Shown: piece by piece, positions 26,530 to 32,000 of the stretch
Layout of the letters: each line of letters begins with the position of its first letter
How positions within the stretch are numbered: the first letter of the stretch is position 1
Origin: Pseudoalteromonas tetraodonis
GTDB lineage: Bacteria > Pseudomonadota > Gammaproteobacteria > Enterobacterales > Alteromonadaceae
Reading direction: 5' to 3'
DNA: 32,000 nt
Assembly: GCF_002310835.1 (NCBI RefSeq)
Contig: NZ_CP011041.1
Span: 1,440,001-1,472,000 of the forward strand
Notes under the pieces: model-generated
What the model was told of the DNA's origin: nothing
The model's database searches: none
The model's input: the letters and a program-made list of their open reading frames with translations, nothing else
Translations under genes and position numbers: made by a program

Positions 26530-27222
26530 ATGAATAAAAGTTTTATCACTAACTTATTGGCAGCGTGTTGTGTTGTTATTGGTTTTGTATTTGATCAAGC
26601 CATTGTACTTTCGGTGGGCTTATTTGCACTCTCTGGTGCGGTTACAAACTTACTCGCTATTCATATGCTATTTGAAAAAGTCCCGTTTTTATATGGATCG
26701 GGGGTGATTGCGCTCAAGTTTGAAAGCTTTAAAGTAGCTATAAGAAATTTAATACTTACGGAGTTCTTTTCTGAGCATAAAATAGACAAGCTTCTAAGCA
26801 AGGCGCAGCCAACGATAGACTTTGAAGCGGTAATTGAAAAGGTAGATTTAAATCCCGCTTTCGATAATTTGTTAGTGGTGATAGAGCAATCACAATTTGG
26901 CAGCATGCTGGCAATGTTTGGCGGCACTGAAGCCGTTGAGCCAATGCGAGAAAAATTTATCGAAAAAATGCAATTATCACTGGTGCAAATAAGCGGCACC
27001 GACGATTTTAAAATGCTACTAAGCGATATGCTTACTCAAGGCAATAACGCGGAAAATTTACATAATACAGTACTTAAATTAGTGGATGAACGCCTAGATG
27101 AACTCACCCCTAAAATGGTAAAAGAAATAATTCAAACTATGATCCGCGAACACTTAGGCTGGCTCGTTGTATGGGGTGGGGTATTTGGTGGCTTGTTTGG
27201 TTTGTTGGCAGCGCTTATTTAA
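26530..27222 (+). CDS. DUF445-like membrane protein
   Basis: 230 aa. N-terminal TM pair and a C-terminal amphipathic/TM segment HLGWLVVWGGVFGGLFGLL resembling the DUF445/UPF0754 C-terminus. Assignment is from memory only. Confidence 0.55.
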   Translation: MNKSFITNLLAACCVVIGFVFDQAIVLSVGLFALSGAVTNLLAIHMLFEKVPFLYGSGVIALKFESFKVAIRNLILTEFFSEHKIDKLLSKAQPTIDFEAVIEKVDLNPAFDNLLVVIEQSQFGSMLAMFGGTEAVEPMREKFIEKMQLSLVQISGTDDFKMLLSDMLTQGNNAENLHNTVLKLVDERLDELTPKMVKEIIQTMIREHLGWLVVWGGVFGGLFGLLAALI

Positions 27223-27230
27223 TAATAAAT

Positions 27231-27266
27231 ACACGTTAAGCAGGTACTAAGCCCTGCTTAACGTGT
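27231..27266. terminator. Long perfect hairpin between convergent genes (bidirectional terminator candidate)
   Basis: ACACGTTAAGCAGG (27231-27244) / CCTGCTTAACGTGT (27253-27266), 8-nt loop. TTTG follows on the + strand and ATTTATT on the - strand. Confidence 0.7.
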
Positions 27267-27319
27267 TTGATTCGCGTAAATTGAACGTATTAAAACCGAT
27301 TTCCTAGTTATAATTTGGG

Positions 27320-27682
27320 TTATTTAGATCCCGCCATAATAACCACCATCGGTTTATTTACCTTTGCCAAATCCCTTATTGATGTGCTGGTGGTAGCCTC
27401 AATATTGAAAAAGCGTGCAGATTTTTCTAAATCATAAAGCGCTACAAAATCATTCATTGATAAATCATTGCAGCGTAATTTTTTGCCAATTACATGCTTG
27501 TTGGTATGGAGCTCTTTAATTGTTTTGTGCAGTGTCAGTTGTTTGTTAGATGCAACGGCCATGCAAACTTGTGTACCGGGTGATGAATCAGCGGCAACAA
27601 AAGTGGTTGCCATTACAGGCGCTGTTAATGTTGCTGCGCCCAATAATACAGTTGAATATAGAGTTGCTTTGAAAGAAATCAT
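27320..27682 (-). CDS. Small secreted protein of unknown function
   Basis: Starting at ATG 27682 (RBS AAGAGG 8 nt upstream) gives 120 aa with signal peptide MISFKATLYSTVLLGAATLTAPVMA. Two Cys in the mature part. Possibly DUF3718-like (unverified). Confidence 0.6.
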   Translation of the reverse strand: MISFKATLYSTVLLGAATLTAPVMATTFVAADSSPGTQVCMAVASNKQLTLHKTIKELHTNKHVIGKKLRCNDLSMNDFVALYDLEKSARFFNIEATTSTSIRDLAKVNKPMVVIMAGSK

Positions 27683-28125
27683 AGTATTTGCCTCTTTGTT
27701 TATGTGCAACTTAAGTATTGCTTAATGTAGCCAGAATGTTGTTAACTGAATGGGGCAAGCTGTAAGAAGATGTGTATATAAATCGTGCAATTTTGTAGGT
27801 GTATGAAAAGTTGTATATAAGTAACCTGAACTATGGATAATAAATCTATCTCAAGCAGCTATTTTCAGCGCTAACTGCGTTGAATTTACTTGCAATAGGC
27901 CCACTATTGACGCGAAAATTCGCCTTGTTTTCACTGTAAATTTCTGGCTGGAGAAAACGAACTAAATTATAGATATAATTCAATATATTAGTAAATCTCT
28001 TAACCAAAGTTCAGGTTAAATAATTTATTTTTGACACACTTTAGCGTTTTCATACTGAAATATTTTTTCAGACTGTTATTATCGCGCCCTAAATTTGTGG
28101 CATTTTATATTTTTGGAGCGCAATT

Positions 28126-28911
28126 GTGAATAAAACGTTAGCCAGTTACTACCAGCAAGCTTATGCGTGTGAGCAACAGCATTTTAACCAATGTTTTTAT
28201 TGCGGGTGTGAGGCAACAGAGCGCGATCATTGCCCACCATTGCACATGTTACAAAGTATTATTGATTTAGGCGAAGAAGCAGATTTTGTTGCTATTGCGG
28301 CTTGTTATGAATGCCATGCATTACTTCATAATGAACGCTTAATGACCATTGATGAGCGTTTTAGTAAGCTTAAAAAGAAACTATCAAATAAATACGCCAA
28401 GCCCTTACGTGTGTACAACATGTGGGAAGAAAGCGAGCTTGGCGACATGAGCGATGAATTTGCGCACAGCATTCAAGCGGGCATGAAACTCGGTAAAGAA
28501 GCGGCTGAGCGACTCGCCTTTACAGGGTTTAGTTATGCCACTGAAGAAGCGCGCGTTACGGTGCGCGAAAAAACCAAAGAGTTTGATGTAGAAGGCACCG
28601 TATTTACCGACTTTAAAGAAGCGCTTAACTATTGCATTACTGTATTAAAAGTACAAAAAAGTGATTTTTATAAAATTTTAGTCGAGGATTATCAAGGCGA
28701 TTTTAATAAGGCATTGAGCCAATACAGGCATCGTCATGATAAAGTCACCGCCGCAAAAGATGGTAATACATTAATTAAAGATTTTTCAAAATTACATAAG
28801 CAAAATTCGGATTTTGTAACCCGAACGGTTAAACACTTTATTAGTAAAGATCCATCGCTCACCACAGAAGGGGCACTGGATAAGCTTTATAACAATTATA
28901 TAAAAAAATAA
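28126..28911 (+). CDS. Hypothetical protein with an N-terminal HNH-like Cys/His module and an uncharacterised C-terminal region
   Basis: 261 aa, GTG start, RBS TGGAGCG. CFYCGCEATERDHCPP...ACYECHALLHN gives CxxC...DH...CxxCH...H spacing. The rest is Lys/Glu-rich and helical. Confidence 0.6.
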   Translation: MNKTLASYYQQAYACEQQHFNQCFYCGCEATERDHCPPLHMLQSIIDLGEEADFVAIAACYECHALLHNERLMTIDERFSKLKKKLSNKYAKPLRVYNMWEESELGDMSDEFAHSIQAGMKLGKEAAERLAFTGFSYATEEARVTVREKTKEFDVEGTVFTDFKEALNYCITVLKVQKSDFYKILVEDYQGDFNKALSQYRHRHDKVTAAKDGNTLIKDFSKLHKQNSDFVTRTVKHFISKDPSLTTEGALDKLYNNYIKK

Positions 28912-29011
28912 TTACAGAAACTCACCTTAAATAACCGCCTTTTCACCTGTTTTTTTAGCTTTATGCGTTTGCTTTCGCTAAAGTAGTAAAAAAACAGGAG
29001 AACCTAAAAAC

Positions 29012-30394
29012 ATGCAAAAATTTGCTCCCTCATTGTTAGCTGTTGGTTTAGCAGCGGCTCTTGTTGGTTGCCAAGAAAGCGGCCCGCAAGATGCAAAAGT
29101 AACCATTAATAAAAACCCATACCCAAGTACTTATCAACCCGTTGCTACATCAAGCACATTAATTACCAATGCCACTGTATTAACTGGCACGGGTGAGCGT
29201 TTAGATGAAGCCGATGTATTACTTGTTGATGGTAAAGTACAGCAAGTAGGTAAAGATTTAACCGCTAACGCAGACACCACTATCGATGCGCAAGGCAAAT
29301 GGGTAACACCAGGTATTATTGATGTTCACTCTCATTTAGGTGCTTACCCAAATCCGTCGGTTGAGTCTCACCAAGATGGCAACGAAATGACTAGTCCAAA
29401 TACAGCGGAAGTATGGGTTGAGCATTCAATTTGGCCACAAGATCCAGGCTTTAATCGCGCACGTGAAGGCGGTATTACCTCGTTACAAATTTTACCAGGT
29501 TCAGCTAATTTATTTGGTGGACGTGGCGTTACCCTTAAAAATGTACCGGCTCACACCATGCAAGGGATGAAGTTTCCTGATGCACCATACGGTTTAAAAA
29601 TGGCGTGTGGTGAAAACCCTAAACGCGTTTATGGCCGTAAAGGTGAATTACCGATGACACGTATGGGTAACATGGCAGGCTATCGCACAGCTTGGATTGG
29701 TGCGCAAGAGTACAAGCGTGCTTGGGACAAATACGATGCTGATTACGCTGCGGGTAAAAACCCAGAAGCTCCACACCGCGATATTAAATACGATACCCTT
29801 CGCGGTGTTTTAGAGGGTGAGGTTCGTATTCACAATCACTGTTATAAAGCTGAAGAAATGGCGATGATGATCGACCTTTCTAAAGAGTTTAATTACCATG
29901 CGGGTACATTCCATCACGGTATTGAAGCCTATAAAATCGCAGATTTACTGGCTGAAAATGGCTCGTGTGCAGCACTTTGGCCAGACTGGTGGGGCTTTAA
30001 AATGGAAGCCTACGATATGGTACAAGAGAACGTAGCGATTGTTGATGCAGTTAAAAACTCATGTGCCGTTGTGCATTCAGACTCAGACACGACCATTCAG
30101 CGCTTAAATCAAGAAGCCGCAAAAGTAATGTACAGTGCAAACCAAAATGGTTTTGATATTTCTGAGCAGCATGCAATTAAGTGGATCACGGCTAATGCCG
30201 CTAAATCACTCGGCATTGAAGATAAAACAGGCTCACTTGAAGCGGGTAAACAAGCTGATGTGGTTATTTGGAATCAAAGCCCATTTAGCGTTTACGCAAA
30301 AGCTGAGCAAGTGTTTGTTGATGGCGCAAAAGTTTACGATAGAAACGATAGCGCATTCCAAGCACAAAGTGATTTTATGTTAGGTCAACAATAA
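29012..30394 (+). CDS. Secreted/lipoprotein amidohydrolase-superfamily enzyme (COG1228-like)
   Basis: Lipobox ALVGC|QE. HxH metal motif in TPGIIDVHSHLG. Later His/Asp ligand candidates (IHNHCY, FHHG, VVHSDSD). RBS AGGAGA. Confidence 0.85.
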   Translation: MQKFAPSLLAVGLAAALVGCQESGPQDAKVTINKNPYPSTYQPVATSSTLITNATVLTGTGERLDEADVLLVDGKVQQVGKDLTANADTTIDAQGKWVTPGIIDVHSHLGAYPNPSVESHQDGNEMTSPNTAEVWVEHSIWPQDPGFNRAREGGITSLQILPGSANLFGGRGVTLKNVPAHTMQGMKFPDAPYGLKMACGENPKRVYGRKGELPMTRMGNMAGYRTAWIGAQEYKRAWDKYDADYAAGKNPEAPHRDIKYDTLRGVLEGEVRIHNHCYKAEEMAMMIDLSKEFNYHAGTFHHGIEAYKIADLLAENGSCAALWPDWWGFKMEAYDMVQENVAIVDAVKNSCAVVHSDSDTTIQRLNQEAAKVMYSANQNGFDISEQHAIKWITANAAKSLGIEDKTGSLEAGKQADVVIWNQSPFSVYAKAEQVFVDGAKVYDRNDSAFQAQSDFMLGQQ

Positions 30395-30406
30395 GGAGCA
30401 CCCAGA

Positions 30407-31648
30407 ATGAAAAAATTATCACGTTCGTTTTCGCTTTCTCTGGTTGCTGCAGGGTTACTAGCATCGGGTGCGGTGAGCGCTCAATCTCTTGCTATAATTA
30501 ACGCAACACTGCATACATCCTCAGATCAAGGCGTATTAGAGTCTGCCAGCATCGTAATGAATGATGGCAAAATTACTGCAATCAATCCTAGCGATGTTAA
30601 AGCAGATGAAATTATTGATGCCAAAGGTCAAATCGTTACCCCTGGTTTTATTGCCACTGTAAATCAACTTGGTTTAGTTGAAGTCGGTGCGGTTGCAGGC
30701 TCTCGCGATGCGGGAGAAGAAAAAGCAGGTATTGATTTTGATGCAAGCTTGGCATTTAACCCTCGTTCAAGCCTAATCCCTTATGCACGTAAAGGCGGTG
30801 TTACTCGCGATTTGATCACCCCGTACGGCGGTGACAGCATATTTGCAGGCCTTGCCAGTGTGGTGGATTTAAGCGGAAGCTTTGAAAGCGTAAACAAAAA
30901 GCAAGCGGCATTAGTGGTTCATTTGGGTGAGCGTAGCAAAGGCTCTCGTGCATTTACGTTGCAAACACTGATCAATAAGCTAGATGATCACCAAACCAAA
31001 GCAATCAAAGAAGCTAAAAAAGACGATGCTAAGCCAAGTGCTGAAGATAAAATAATGGCTAAAGTACTAAAAGGCGATATGCCATTACTAATTAGTGTGT
31101 CGCGTGCATCGGATATTATTGAACTTATAAAAGTGAAACAGCAGTTTGGGGTAAATATTGTTCTTAATGGTGCGCAAGATGCCGTTGTAGTTAAAGATCG
31201 TATCGCAAAAGCGGGTATTCCTGTGATCATCAGTGCAATGGATAACTTACCAGGCAGTTTTGATTCATTACATGCAAGCCTAAATAATGCCGGCATACTA
31301 GAAAAAGCCGGTGTTAAAATACTTTTAACTGTGGGTGGCGATGCCAGTCATAATGTTTACCAGCTCCGCTATGATGCCGGTAACGCAGTGTCTTATGGTA
31401 TGAGCCAGCAAGGCGCATTAAAAGCGATGACTTCAAATGTGGCTGATGTATTTGGTATTAATGCTGGTAGCTTAGAAGTGGGTAAAGCCGCTGATGTTGT
31501 AATGTGGAGTAATGACCCGTTTGAGCTGAGCAGCCACGTAAATAAAATGTTTATTAATGGGGTTGAGGTAAGTACTGAATCTCGCCAAGATAAACTGCGT
31601 GAGCGCTATACAACAGAATCAAACATGCCACGTGCATACACTAAATAA
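30407..31648 (+). CDS. Secreted amidohydrolase-superfamily paralogue lacking the N-terminal HxH motif
   Basis: Signal peptide ...SGAVSA|QS. Same fold pattern (GKITAI..., GQIVTPGFI, GKAADVVMW), but the HxH position reads ATVNQLG. RBS AAGGAG. 12 nt after the upstream stop. Confidence 0.8.
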   Translation: MKKLSRSFSLSLVAAGLLASGAVSAQSLAIINATLHTSSDQGVLESASIVMNDGKITAINPSDVKADEIIDAKGQIVTPGFIATVNQLGLVEVGAVAGSRDAGEEKAGIDFDASLAFNPRSSLIPYARKGGVTRDLITPYGGDSIFAGLASVVDLSGSFESVNKKQAALVVHLGERSKGSRAFTLQTLINKLDDHQTKAIKEAKKDDAKPSAEDKIMAKVLKGDMPLLISVSRASDIIELIKVKQQFGVNIVLNGAQDAVVVKDRIAKAGIPVIISAMDNLPGSFDSLHASLNNAGILEKAGVKILLTVGGDASHNVYQLRYDAGNAVSYGMSQQGALKAMTSNVADVFGINAGSLEVGKAADVVMWSNDPFELSSHVNKMFINGVEVSTESRQDKLRERYTTESNMPRAYTK

Positions 31649-31663
31649 ACTTGTTTAGTTGAA

Positions 31664-31692
31664 TAAAAAAGGCCGCATTAGCGGCCTTTTTT
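31664..31692 (+). terminator. Rho-independent terminator after the amidohydrolase pair
   Basis: AAAAAA-GGCCGC-atta-GCGGCC-TTTTTT. Confidence 0.85.
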
Positions 31693-31760
31693 ATGAACAG
31701 CTTTTACTTATACCAATCCGCAAAGTAAACCACTTAAATAAACGAATTGGTATTAGGCAC

Positions 31761-31790
31761 AAAAAAAAGGCGCTCTTTGGAGCGCCTTTT
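31761..31790 (-). terminator. Rho-independent terminator of the minus-strand gene at the window end
   Basis: Minus strand AAAAGGCGCTC-caaa-GAGCGCC-TTTTTTTT. Confidence 0.85.
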
Positions 31791-31806
31791 CATTCATTTA
31801 ATGGAT

Positions 31807-32000
31807 TTATACCAGTTTAGATAAAATCTCGTTAAATGTTGTGCTTGGGCGCATTGCTTTAAAAGCTGCATCATCATTTGGCTGGAAGTATCCGCCAATG
31901 TCCATTGCTGGGCCCTGTGCATCGTTTAACTCGCTAACAATTTGCTCTTTGTTAGTTTCAAGGTCGCTAGCAATTTGCGTAAACTGCGCTTTAAGCTCGC
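31807..32000 (-). CDS. 3' end of a gene, probably monomeric-type NADP-isocitrate dehydrogenase (5' part outside the window)
   Basis: My own translation of the minus strand: ...ELKAQFTQIASDLETNKEQIVSELNDAQGPAMDIGGYFQPNDDAAFKAMRPSTTFNEILSKLV*. The DIGGY..P....MRPS..FN ending matches my memory of monomeric IDH C-termini. Not in the supplied ORF track because it is partial. Confidence 0.5.
   Translation of the reverse strand, partial: ELKAQFTQIASDLETNKEQIVSELNDAQGPAMDIGGYFQPNDDAAFKAMRPSTTFNEILSKLV

Noticed and set aside
27710-28125. RNA gene or riboswitch in the 415-bp gap upstream of the HNH-like gene
   Set aside because: I found only a duplicated TGTATATAA and small weak palindromes (for example GCGAAAATTCGC). 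Nothing resembles a known RNA family or a promoter-plus-terminator pair.

Overview
AT-rich (about 40% GC by eye) gammaproteobacterial chromosome segment. Gene content and synteny look Alteromonadales/Vibrionales-like, possibly Pseudoalteromonas; this is inference and cannot be confirmed without a search. Left to right: (1) the distal part of an exopolysaccharide/capsule export module: sugar transferase, putative OM protein, Wza-like exporter, Wzc-like BY-kinase, PHP tyrosine phosphatase and an unknown membrane protein. (2) A 1.17-kb non-coding gap between convergent genes holding a roughly 4-copy, exactly 222-bp tandem array with nested inverted repeats. (3) rsmF. (4) A complete methylcitrate-cycle operon with a GntR-type regulator (regulator-prpB-prpC-acnD-prpF). 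(5) A PAS-GGDEF protein, two orphan periplasmic-binding-protein paralogues and a coiled-coil unknown. (6) A REP-associated tyrosine transposase (RAYT) bracketed by REP/REPIN hairpins. (7) A tRNA-Val(GAC) operon in which each real tRNA is followed by two tandem tRNA-derived pseudo-units. (8) Lipoprotein + norM, ribE, a CPXCG mini-protein, fructosamine kinase, a DUF445-like protein and a small secreted protein. (9) An orphan protein with an HNH-like Cys/His N-terminus. (10) Two tandem secreted amidohydrolases, the second lacking the HxH metal site. (11) The 3' end of a monomeric-type isocitrate dehydrogenase. I see no CRISPR, cas, integrase, phage, toxin-antitoxin or recognisable defence genes. 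The features least explained by ordinary annotation are non-coding: the 222-bp array and the tRNA-derived repeat units. I cannot show that either is a functional 'system'.
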